Shown: positions 37,483 through 46,266, counted from the stretch's first letter. The stretch is DNA of 64,000 bases from Clostridia bacterium (GCA_017394835.1 JAFPXD010000007.1:171591-235590), one strand, 5' to 3'. Numbers and translations: made by a program. Notes: a model not told the origin generated them from the letters alone.

Positions 37483-38352
37483 ATGAAGCTTGAATTTGAA
37501 AAGGTAAGCAAATCGTATGGGAAAACGAGGGCGCTCACAGGCTTTTCGGCCGTGCTCGAGCCCGGCGTTTATGCGCTCCTCGGGCCGAACGGCTCGGGAA
37601 AAAGCACGCTCATGAACATACTGACGGACAACCTAAAGGCGGACGAGGGCCGCATCACCTTCGACGGCAAGGACGTTTTGAAGATGGGCGGCAGATTCCG
37701 CGAAAAGCTCGGCTTCATGCCGCAGTACCCGGGCATGTACGGAAGCTTTACCGCAGAGAGCTTCCTTTGGTACGTCGCCGAGCTTAAAGCCGTTCCGCAC
37801 GAAAAGGCGAAAAGGGATATCGCCGAAGTGCTTGAAGCAGTCGAGCTCTCTGACGCCGCGGGGAAGCGTATTTCATCCTTCTCCGGCGGCATGAAGCAGC
37901 GGCTCGCGCTCGCTCAAGCGGTGCTCGGCGATCCTGCCGTGCTCGTGCTCGATGAGCCCACGGCCGGGCTCGATCCCAAACAGCGCATAGCCGTCCGCAA
38001 TTACATTTCAAAGATCGCCTTCAACAAGATCGTGATCATAGCAACGCACGTCGTTTCCGATATCGAATACATCGCCCGCGACGTCATCATGCTCAAAAAG
38101 GGCGTGATAGTCGATAACGCTCCACCCGCCGAGCTCATCTCCCGTATCGATGGCAGGGTCTGGCGCGTGCCCGCGGCGCCAAGCGAGGTGCAGGAGCTCC
38201 AAGCCCGCTTCACCGTCACGAACATCCAGAAGGACGACCGCGGCGTATCCCTCCGCATCCTCTCGGACGAAGCGCCCGCGCCTGAAGCGGAGCCCGTAAT
38301 GCCCTCGCTGGAGGACTACTATCTGCACGTTTTCGGAGAGACGTCGAACTGA
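37483..38352 (+). CDS. ABC transporter ATP-binding protein
   Basis: It has Walker A GPNGSGKST, signature FSGGMKQRL and Walker B VLVLDEPTAGLD. ATG 37483 is preferred over GTG 37474. Confidence 0.9.
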   Translation: MKLEFEKVSKSYGKTRALTGFSAVLEPGVYALLGPNGSGKSTLMNILTDNLKADEGRITFDGKDVLKMGGRFREKLGFMPQYPGMYGSFTAESFLWYVAELKAVPHEKAKRDIAEVLEAVELSDAAGKRISSFSGGMKQRLALAQAVLGDPAVLVLDEPTAGLDPKQRIAVRNYISKIAFNKIVIIATHVVSDIEYIARDVIMLKKGVIVDNAPPAELISRIDGRVWRVPAAPSEVQELQARFTVTNIQKDDRGVSLRILSDEAPAPEAEPVMPSLEDYYLHVFGETSN

Positions 38353-38741
38353 AACGGTTTTATCCTGCGGTACAATAATTCGAGTAAGCTAAATCATCCA
38401 CGCTCCGCGGCATCGGGTCATAGGGCACAGCCCTTGCAAGCGGCGTTTGTGTACACAAAGGCGATGCTTGCAGGGACATTAACCCGCTGGTATTTCATAT
38501 GGTCTTGCAGAGCGCAAAGCACTTTTGATGGACTTGCTCCGTCAAAAGTGCTTTGCGTCACTTTATCACAAAGTAACAAAGGCTTCTGGTGCAACGTAAG
38601 GGAGTTATAAAAGTCGTGATTACCGATCTTTCCATGCAAAAACTATTTGGTAAGGGGCTGATCCTCTAAAACTGATAAATCTATGGCCGCCAGTTTAACA
38701 CATATGACGAAATATTTAAAAAACTTCGACACGTATAACGG

Positions 38742-38770
38742 TTGTGTTTAACAGTAAAGTGTGGTAGAAT
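38742..38770 (+). promoter_or_regulatory. Possible promoter with extended -10 for the HNH-Fic-R-M operon
   Basis: TGgTAGAAT at 38762-38770 is an extended -10. A weak -35, ttgtgt, lies 17 nt upstream. Two leader hairpins follow at 38789-38814 and 38819-38842. Confidence 0.35.
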
Positions 38771-38907
38771 AGTAGCCGAAGACAAAAACCACCACCAGCT
38801 GGCACTGGCGGTGGTATAGGGTAAAATCAGTAGTTTACCCTGCGCTCCTTCAAGCATTCTTATCATAGCATATCTGCTGCGCTTTGTCAATTTCTACTGG
38901 AGAAAGG

Positions 38908-39180
38908 ATGCAAAAAAGCATGGCGTTTTCAAGCAGCGTAATAGCTGCAGCTTGGCAGCGTTCCGGCGGCAGATGTGAATGTTGCCGTACTACTTGCGGA
39001 CATGGTTCCCGACGTTGCAACAAAGTCTTGAACTGGTATGCACGCGGTAACGATTATGCATCGGGCGGTTGGGAAGCACACCACAAAACCGCAGTAGCTT
39101 CTGGTGGAAGCGACACACTCTCTAATTGCGAGATTCTGTGTATCGCCTGTCACAAGAACACACGTACATACGGACGGTAA
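38908..39180 (+). CDS. HNH endonuclease-domain protein (90 aa)
   Basis: GGAGAAAGG precedes ATG 38908. The HNH core is GGWEAHHKTAVASGGSDTLSNCEILCIACHKNT, with additional CxC/CxxC Cys residues. Confidence 0.75.
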   Translation: MQKSMAFSSSVIAAAWQRSGGRCECCRTTCGHGSRRCNKVLNWYARGNDYASGGWEAHHKTAVASGGSDTLSNCEILCIACHKNTRTYGR

Positions 39181-39234
39181 TCACCGGTTGGCGGGCAGCG
39201 CAAACCTGCCCGCCAATATCCAGGAGGTTGAATC

Positions 39235-40362
39235 ATGTTTGATCCGAAACAACCATATAACGAACTGCCGCTGATTTCAACACTCGAAATCGACGTTTCT
39301 ACTGGTCTTGGAAAGCTTGCAGAGGATACTAGGGTTGCAGTCGAGATTCTGAATTACGCAGTTAAAACATTGCCTGATCATAACATCCTTTTGGATACAC
39401 TCGCGCTCCAAGAAGCACGGGCCAGCAGTAATATCGAAAACATAGTAACAACAAATGATGATCTGTATCGGGGCGTCGTCTTTGAAGACTTTACGGCGGA
39501 GGCAAAAGAAGTCAGCTGCTATAAAGATGCTTTGTTTGCCGGTTATACCCGGATGCTGGATAAAGGCCTAATCTCAACCAGTGATATCGAAGCAATCAAT
39601 GCGCCGGTGAATCATAAACAACCTGGGATCCGGACGAACCTTCCGAATTTCAATGACCTTACCAGGATAGAGAATCGCAAATCTAATGGAGAGAGTGAGA
39701 TAATCTACACGCCGCCGCATGGCATTGATCTCCTTCACAGATTGCTAATTGATATGTTGGACTTCGTTTATGATGATGACACATACTCTCTTCATCCACT
39801 GATAAAAATAGCTTTAGCCCACTATCAATTTGAAAGCATCCACCCGTTCCGGGATGGAAATGGCAGAACTGGGCGTATTTTGAATATCCTCTTCCTTTGT
39901 CAAAAAGGTTATCTGGATTCGCCAATCCTATATGCCAGTTCTTACATTATCAGAAATAAAAATCTCTATTACGATCTTTTGCGAGTATCCAAGGAAACGG
40001 AAAAATACGAGCCCATCGTAGAATTTATGCTTCGCTCGTTCAAGGAAACCGCCGAAGAGACATTGAGAATTGTCGAAAGCATACGGGCGCTGATCACGCA
40101 GTATTCGGACAAGGAATACCTCTCGACGCTAAAAGGTCAGATCGAACCGCTGCAAAACACGGTCGAGGCAATCTTCAAAAAGGTCTATGTCCGGGTTGCG
40201 GATCTTGTGGAACTGGGCATCCACCGGCAGACAGCCGCAACTTATCTTGACCAGTTCGTTGACCAGGGCCTACTGAGCAAAGAGCGTGTTGGCCGGGATA
40301 ACATCTATAAAAACATCAAACTGCTTGAGCTGTTTGATTACGATAGTGAGGAAACGAAATGA
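39235..40362 (+). CDS. Fic-family protein (AMPylase-type, class II auto-inhibited)
   Basis: The canonical active site is HPFRDGNGRTGR. The N-terminal inhibitory motif SSNIEN matches (S/T)xxxE(G/N). There is a C-terminal winged-helix-like tail. The stop overlaps the hsdM start (ATGA). Confidence 0.9.
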   Translation: MFDPKQPYNELPLISTLEIDVSTGLGKLAEDTRVAVEILNYAVKTLPDHNILLDTLALQEARASSNIENIVTTNDDLYRGVVFEDFTAEAKEVSCYKDALFAGYTRMLDKGLISTSDIEAINAPVNHKQPGIRTNLPNFNDLTRIENRKSNGESEIIYTPPHGIDLLHRLLIDMLDFVYDDDTYSLHPLIKIALAHYQFESIHPFRDGNGRTGRILNILFLCQKGYLDSPILYASSYIIRNKNLYYDLLRVSKETEKYEPIVEFMLRSFKETAEETLRIVESIRALITQYSDKEYLSTLKGQIEPLQNTVEAIFKKVYVRVADLVELGIHRQTAATYLDQFVDQGLLSKERVGRDNIYKNIKLLELFDYDSEETK

Positions 40363-42098
40363 ATAACACTGCTCTGACTGCTGACGTAACCAGCAAAGTC
40401 AATCTTGTAAAAAGCATTGCAAACAAGACTCGCGGGCCGTACACTCCGGAGAAGTACGGCAGCGTCATCATCCCCATGGCGATCATCCGCCGGTTTGACT
40501 GCATCCTGGCCGAGAAAAACGCCGACATCGAAAAGATCCTGCAGGCCGCCTCCAAGGTCAAAGGTATGACGCCTGATAAACTGGAGGAAATGGTCAAGCG
40601 TTCCTGCGGCGTGCCGTTCTATAACGCAAAGTGCGTCTCTCTGGAACAGCTGGTTGGAGACAGCGACAACCTCAATTCCAATTTCCTGGAATTTATCGCC
40701 GCATACTCACCCAGCATTCAAAGGATCCTGCAGAGTCTGAAATTCCGCGAGGAAGTGGAGTTCATGATTAAGAAGGGCATCTTGTTCGAGGTTGTAAAGG
40801 CCTTCTCGGAAGTTGACTTCCACCCCTCCACCACAAGCCCCATGGCTATGGGTTATATCTTCGAAGAGATCATCCGCACCTATAAGGCCAATGCCGAGGC
40901 CGGTGATCATTACACCCCCCGTGAGGTCATCGAACTTTGCATTGATCTGATGCTCAGCGAGAACGTGGACAGTCTGAAAAAAGAGGGCAAGATCATTCGC
41001 ATCTATGACGGATGCTGCGGTACCGGCGGCATGTTGACTACAGCTAAGCGCATGCTTACCGATCCGGAGGAGGGCTTCAATATCCGTGCCGATAACATTC
41101 GCCTTTACGGTCAGGACAACAACCCGGAGGCGTACGCGGTCTGCCAGGCGGAAATGCTGATGCTGGGCGACGATCCCGCCTATATTCGTGAGGGCAACAC
41201 CCTTACAGAGGACCAGTTTCCGGGAGAGAAATTTGACCTGCTGATCACCAATCCTCCTTTCGGCGTAGAGTGGAAAACGGAAAAGAGCACGGTGGAAAAA
41301 GAGCTCAAGCAGCCCAACAACCGCTTTGTGGCTGGGACACCCCGCGTCAGCGACGGGCAGCTTCTTTTCCTGCAGAATCTGTTAGCCAAAGCCGAGGATG
41401 ACGCCCGCGTGGCCATTATCTTGAATGGTTCTCCGCTGTTTTCAGGCGATGCCGGCAGCGGGGAGAGCGAGATACGCCGCTATGTACTGGAGAACCATCT
41501 GCTTGAAGCAATCGTTGCGCTTCCGGACCAAATGTTTTATAACACAGGCATCTATACCTATATCTGGATTCTGTCCAAAACGCCCAATCGCAAGCGTAAT
41601 AAGCAGATCCAGCTCATCGATGCAACCAAGGAGTTCATTCCTCAGCTTCCGAAATCGCTAGGCAATAAACGCAAATTCATCGACGAAGCAAATCGAAAGT
41701 CAATTGTCGCGGAATACCGCGCCGCACAGCAGTCAGAGATCAGCAAGTTCTTTGACGCGAACGACTTTGGCTATACCAAGGTGACGATGGAATGTCCGCT
41801 GTATGACGAGAAGGGCAACAAAGTCATCAAGCGGGGTGTAGTGCAGGTGGATCCCAAGCGGCGTGATACAGAGATCATCCCGCTCAAGCGGGACATCGAT
41901 GCATATATCAAGGCGGAGGTCCTGCCCTATGTACCCGACGCTTTCCCCGACCGCAGCAAGGACAAGATCGGCTATGAAATTCCCTTCACCCGGTATTTCT
42001 ACAAATATACGCCGCCTCGCAAGAGTGAGGACATCCTCAAAGAGATCATCGCCAACGAAGAAGAGCTGCAGCAGACCCTGAAGGTGGTGCTCAGCTAA
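40359..42098 (+). CDS. hsdM: Type I R-M DNA methyltransferase subunit (locus 2)
   Basis: Motif I is YDGCCGTGGML and motif IV is ITNPPFGVEW. 579 aa. Confidence 0.9.
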   Translation: MNNTALTADVTSKVNLVKSIANKTRGPYTPEKYGSVIIPMAIIRRFDCILAEKNADIEKILQAASKVKGMTPDKLEEMVKRSCGVPFYNAKCVSLEQLVGDSDNLNSNFLEFIAAYSPSIQRILQSLKFREEVEFMIKKGILFEVVKAFSEVDFHPSTTSPMAMGYIFEEIIRTYKANAEAGDHYTPREVIELCIDLMLSENVDSLKKEGKIIRIYDGCCGTGGMLTTAKRMLTDPEEGFNIRADNIRLYGQDNNPEAYAVCQAEMLMLGDDPAYIREGNTLTEDQFPGEKFDLLITNPPFGVEWKTEKSTVEKELKQPNNRFVAGTPRVSDGQLLFLQNLLAKAEDDARVAIILNGSPLFSGDAGSGESEIRRYVLENHLLEAIVALPDQMFYNTGIYTYIWILSKTPNRKRNKQIQLIDATKEFIPQLPKSLGNKRKFIDEANRKSIVAEYRAAQQSEISKFFDANDFGYTKVTMECPLYDEKGNKVIKRGVVQVDPKRRDTEIIPLKRDIDAYIKAEVLPYVPDAFPDRSKDKIGYEIPFTRYFYKYTPPRKSEDILKEIIANEEELQQTLKVVLS

Positions 42099-42126
42099 CA
42101 TTAGGCTAAGACAAAAGGAGATACAG

Positions 42127-42903
42127 ATGTCATTAATCATTACGATCCATGTTGAAGAAGGCATCGTTATGGCTAGCGATAGCCGAACGACTTTCAATAC
42201 ACAAGATTTTAGCCCGCTTCCTGATGGAAAAGGTGCAATTATTACTAAGTACCAAGGTGTTCATTATTCAGATACGACATATAAGACTTTTTTAGCTCCG
42301 AACAGCACAGGCATTTCAACATGCGGAGCCGCTGCTATCAACGGGAAGCCGTTGACAGGGTATGTTGAAAAGTTCATACATAACTCTATTCAAAAAGACA
42401 CTGATATCTGTGATGTTCCCGCGCTCCTTCTTGCACATTTTAGAAGCTATGTTCCGATTCCTGATATTGTCTTTCAAGTGGCGGGCTATTCAAAAACTGG
42501 AACCACATCTGTGCAGAAAGTGTATAGAGTTTTTGTAATGGCCAACCGCATTGACGAACTTGATACTTCCTCCCAGGGTGCGGCATGGAACGGTGAGACC
42601 GAAATCCTGTCAAGGATCATCAATTCATTGTGGACGCAGAAAAAAGGAAAAGATCAAAAAACGGGTGAAGAAATCGTCCTGTATGACGAATTAAAGGCTC
42701 CCCCTATACCTTGGAATTTCTTTTCTCTCCAGGATGGAATTGATTTTGCTACATACGCCATTAATACGACTATAGAAACCATGCGATTCCAAGAACGGCT
42801 AAAAACTGTTGGTGGTCCCATTGATATTCTGATTATCAAGCCAGATGGTGCATTTTGGGCCTCCCATAAAACCCTCCACGTGCGAGGAAAGGGGAAACGA
42901 TAA
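42127..42903 (+). CDS. Proteasome-beta/HslV-like Ntn-hydrolase-fold protein with Ser at position 2, embedded in R-M locus 2
   Basis: MSLIITIHVEEGIVMASDSRTT aligns with the mature TTIVGVxxxxGVVLAADxRxT, which puts Ser1/Asp17/Arg19 at canonical positions. Later blocks follow in order: YKTFLAPNSTGISTCGAAA, IVFQVAGYSK, AAWNGETE and KTVGGPIDILIIKPDG. Confidence 0.55.
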   Translation: MSLIITIHVEEGIVMASDSRTTFNTQDFSPLPDGKGAIITKYQGVHYSDTTYKTFLAPNSTGISTCGAAAINGKPLTGYVEKFIHNSIQKDTDICDVPALLLAHFRSYVPIPDIVFQVAGYSKTGTTSVQKVYRVFVMANRIDELDTSSQGAAWNGETEILSRIINSLWTQKKGKDQKTGEEIVLYDELKAPPIPWNFFSLQDGIDFATYAINTTIETMRFQERLKTVGGPIDILIIKPDGAFWASHKTLHVRGKGKR

Positions 42904-42905
42904 CT

Positions 42906-44198
42906 ATGCGAGCCATGAAAGACAGTGGGATCGAATGGATCGGTGCAATTCCGCAAAACTGGGAGCTGCGAAAAATCAAGACCAACTTTGACATAATTGC
43001 CGGAGCAACGCCGAAAAGCGGTGAGGCAAGTTTTTGGGATGGCGATATTCCTTGGATCACCCCTGCCGACTATACGACCGAAGGTGTATATGTCTCTGCC
43101 GGTCATAAAAGCATTACGCAGGATGGCTTGAACTCCTGCGCAACAAGTCTCATTCCGGAAGGTAGCATCATTTTTTCCAAACGTGCTCCCGTGGGGCTTG
43201 TGGCCATTAACAGCAACTCTCTCTGCACCAATCAAGGTTGCCTATCCTGCGTCCCGAAAGATTCGGTTGATGCGAAATACTATTATTATGTCATGAGCAT
43301 TTATGGCGAACAGTTTGATCTGTTTGCCTCGGGAACCACATTTAAGGAGATTTCGGCAGACGCTTTTGCAAACTTCAAACTTCCATATCCGGATTATGAG
43401 ACGCAGAAGCGGATCACGTCATTCCTCGACACTAAATGTGCCGAGATTGATGCGCTGATTGCCGCAAAGGAAAAGACCAACGCGCTGCTGAAAGAGCGGC
43501 GGCAGAGCATCATCTATGAGGCGGTCACCAAAGGCCTTGATCCCACCGTGCCCATGAAGGATAGCGGCGTTGAATGGATCGGAGAGATCCCAGAGGGTTG
43601 GAAAATTACAGCATTAAAAAGGTTGGGAACACCGGCAACCGGTTCCACACCGTCAAAAGATAATGCCGATTATTGGGACGGCGATATTCCCTGGGTGTCT
43701 TCTAAGGATATAAAATCGGATTATCTCCTTGATTCCGAGGATCATATTACGCAAACCGCTGTTGATGAGTGCGGGCTTACGCTGTTCTCTTCTGGGGCTT
43801 TAATCTTTTGCGTTCGCTCCGGTATCCTTCGTCATACATTCCCGGTTGCTGTAGCAACAATCCCGGTTACGATCAATCAGGATCTCAGATCGCTTAGTAT
43901 GACCGGTGATGTCAATCCAGCCTTCGTGCTCTACTACATGAGGGGAATGAACGATATCATTGTAAGGCTCTATCAAAAAATAGGCGCAACAGTCGAGAGC
44001 ATCGAGATGGATTGGTTCCTATATTTCCCTGTAGTGTTGCCGACGCGTGAAGAACAGGATCGTATTGTTGAAGCGCTTGATTCAAGATGCACATCACTGG
44101 ATCACACAGTAATGCAGAATGAGGCTACCATTAGGCAACTGAAAGAATACCGACAAAGCCTGATCTACGAGGCGATTACCGGAAAAATAGAGGTGTAA
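42906..44198 (+). CDS. hsdS: Type I R-M specificity subunit (locus 2)
   Basis: The two TRDs each open with MKDSG(I/V)EWIG.IP..W. The conserved helices are LKERRQSIIYEAVTKGL and LKEYRQSLIYEAITGKI. Confidence 0.9.
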   Translation: MRAMKDSGIEWIGAIPQNWELRKIKTNFDIIAGATPKSGEASFWDGDIPWITPADYTTEGVYVSAGHKSITQDGLNSCATSLIPEGSIIFSKRAPVGLVAINSNSLCTNQGCLSCVPKDSVDAKYYYYVMSIYGEQFDLFASGTTFKEISADAFANFKLPYPDYETQKRITSFLDTKCAEIDALIAAKEKTNALLKERRQSIIYEAVTKGLDPTVPMKDSGVEWIGEIPEGWKITALKRLGTPATGSTPSKDNADYWDGDIPWVSSKDIKSDYLLDSEDHITQTAVDECGLTLFSSGALIFCVRSGILRHTFPVAVATIPVTINQDLRSLSMTGDVNPAFVLYYMRGMNDIIVRLYQKIGATVESIEMDWFLYFPVVLPTREEQDRIVEALDSRCTSLDHTVMQNEATIRQLKEYRQSLIYEAITGKIEV

Positions 44199-44199
44199 A

Positions 44200-45018
44200 A
44201 TGTTTAACGTGTACTATATCAATTATGCAAAAGCGTTTGAAATCACAATGCAAATGGATAATAAGATACTCGAACAGACTATAAAGGAAAGAGGCTGGGA
44301 TGTTTCTGCTAATGCACATGGAGAATTTGATGTAAAACAGTCCTTTCTAAACGCATTGTTTCCTAAGCTTTCTGCTTCATCCGATCTAAAAGGATCGAAA
44401 TCCAGCAAGACAACGGACACCATAAAAGTGGTTTCTACAAAATCCACCGTTCTATCTCCGATAGTAAAGAAGGCAACCGAGGTCAAGAAAATTGACGATA
44501 ACAAGATCGGGAATCTGATAAAAATCAAAAATGTTCAGTTAACAGTTCATAACGGGAATGACATGATGGCAGTAAAAGCACTCTTGAGCGGCTTTCTTGA
44601 TCAAATACCTGTCGAAGGACTTGGGCAGAAAGATCTTACAGGCCTTGCGGATGCATTTTTTAAAGGTGCATCATACATACTAACGGGGAAAATGCCCGAG
44701 AAAGTAAATACTGGTAAAAAAGGGGATCAGATTATTCTAAAGATCCCGATTCAGCTTGAGAATGAGATGGAATCTCAGTACAGTATTGCCGACATAGAGA
44801 TAGGTCCGGTTACAGTCATTGGTATCTATCGCGGGAAGCATAACGCCGGAGAAGTAAGAGCAAGAATGGACATGCTATCTGCATATAACGAACGTAAAAG
44901 TACAATCGAAATTGAGACGGCAGATGATGCAACCAATCCAGACAGAAAGGGCTTTGATGCAAAAGCAGAGATGCACTACATTGATGTAATTGCAGTTATT
45001 CAGGAATTGAATGTGTGA
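44200..45018 (+). CDS. Hypothetical 272-aa protein, DolA-like by position (partner of ClpB-like ATPase)
   Basis: It starts 1 nt after the hsdS stop. I recognise no catalytic motif. The assignment rests on the gene pair matching the published Dodola gene content (DUF6414 + ClpB-like), which I cannot verify without an HMM search. Confidence 0.4.
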   Translation: MFNVYYINYAKAFEITMQMDNKILEQTIKERGWDVSANAHGEFDVKQSFLNALFPKLSASSDLKGSKSSKTTDTIKVVSTKSTVLSPIVKKATEVKKIDDNKIGNLIKIKNVQLTVHNGNDMMAVKALLSGFLDQIPVEGLGQKDLTGLADAFFKGASYILTGKMPEKVNTGKKGDQIILKIPIQLENEMESQYSIADIEIGPVTVIGIYRGKHNAGEVRARMDMLSAYNERKSTIEIETADDATNPDRKGFDAKAEMHYIDVIAVIQELNV

Positions 45019-45028
45019 GGGTAAGTAT

Positions 45029-46216
45029 ATGGCAGGACTAACGCTATACACATACGATCGAAAAAACTGGGATGCTATCTCAGATACAATTAAGCTTGAA
45101 AACATAAAAGTGTTGACAGCACAGGAGATGAGCTATGTTGCTGTAATCAGAAACACCCCCAAGAAGGATGGAGAAGAAATTAAGATTCATCCGTTTAAAC
45201 ACGAGTATTATGATATTTCGTTGTTAATTTCAGGAGATAATGAAAGAGTCGATGTATGGAGTGGACATCTGATAACAGCTCTTCAACTTGCTGAAGAAGA
45301 TCACAACAAAAACAGGAAATTTATTGTTGACAAGAAATATGCAAGTGATATTCTCAGTGCTTTGTTTTATTTCTTTAGCGACAGTGCGCCATTGGAGAAG
45401 TTTCTAAAGCTGGATGACACGACAGTCACCAATATTGTGGATTGTGCGGACGAGACTATCGTTGGGCTGGGAATTTATCTCCAAGCCAATCTGTTCGGCA
45501 ATCCTAAATTCAAAACCAGATTGATACAAGAGCTAAAGCGATTTCGCTTGTTTAACAAGCTTGGAGAAAGAAAAGTCTTTTCAGCGTTTGTATGCGGGCC
45601 AAGCGGCATTGGCAAAACATTAACAGCAAAGCTGTTGCATGATTTCCTTGCGCCGAATGAAAGATACATCAAGATTAATCTTGGAAATTACAGCGATCAT
45701 AATGCGTTAAGCAGTCTTATAGGAAGTCCACGAGGATATGTTGGAAGCAGTAAAGGGGAACTGTCAAGCAAGATAGCAGAGAGCAAGTCCACTGTTATTC
45801 TGATTGATGAATTTGAGAAAGCAAGTCAGGAGGTGCATAATTTCTTTCTCGAGTTGCTTGCAGATGGTAAGTTTACAGATTCTCAGGGTAGAGAATATGA
45901 TTTGAATAAGTACATCATCATCTTTACTTCTAATATTGATGAAAACGAATTCAACAGAAAGATCCCTCCGGAGCTGCGATCTCGCTTTGACTTGGTTTAT
46001 AAAATGGTTCTGCTATCGAAAGAAGAAAAAACAGCTTATATTCAGTATAAAACCAACTATTATGTAGAACAAGCCAAAGAGATGATGGGTATTTCTCTTG
46101 AGTCGGACAGCATTATCGCCAATATGGGAAGCAAAGTAATGAGCTTGGATAATATCAGGTTTATTACAAGAGAGATTGAGCAGTATATAGCTGCTGCTGT
46201 AGAAGAAAAACAATAA
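45029..46216 (+). CDS. ClpB-D2-like AAA+ ATPase (DolB-like)
   Basis: It has Walker A VCGPSGIGKTLTAKLL, the Clp-type IGSPRGYVGSSKGELS, Walker B VILIDEFEKA, GKFTDSQGREYDLNKYIIIFTSN (sensor 1) and PPELRSRFD. An alternative start is at 45011. The about 180-aa N-terminal region is unassigned. Confidence 0.75.
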   Translation: MAGLTLYTYDRKNWDAISDTIKLENIKVLTAQEMSYVAVIRNTPKKDGEEIKIHPFKHEYYDISLLISGDNERVDVWSGHLITALQLAEEDHNKNRKFIVDKKYASDILSALFYFFSDSAPLEKFLKLDDTTVTNIVDCADETIVGLGIYLQANLFGNPKFKTRLIQELKRFRLFNKLGERKVFSAFVCGPSGIGKTLTAKLLHDFLAPNERYIKINLGNYSDHNALSSLIGSPRGYVGSSKGELSSKIAESKSTVILIDEFEKASQEVHNFFLELLADGKFTDSQGREYDLNKYIIIFTSNIDENEFNRKIPPELRSRFDLVYKMVLLSKEEKTAYIQYKTNYYVEQAKEMMGISLESDSIIANMGSKVMSLDNIRFITREIEQYIAAAVEEKQ

Positions 46217-46266
46217 TTCCCCACCGCCGAGGGTGCCAGACCTCGGAGAGAAAAGGAGGAATCAAT

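Noticed and set aside
38418-38890. Two small minus-strand ORFs (73 and 69 aa) at the island edge
   Set aside because: They have no RBS. Their compositions are dominated by the palindromes and hairpins of the leader, so the region is better explained as non-coding regulatory or boundary DNA.
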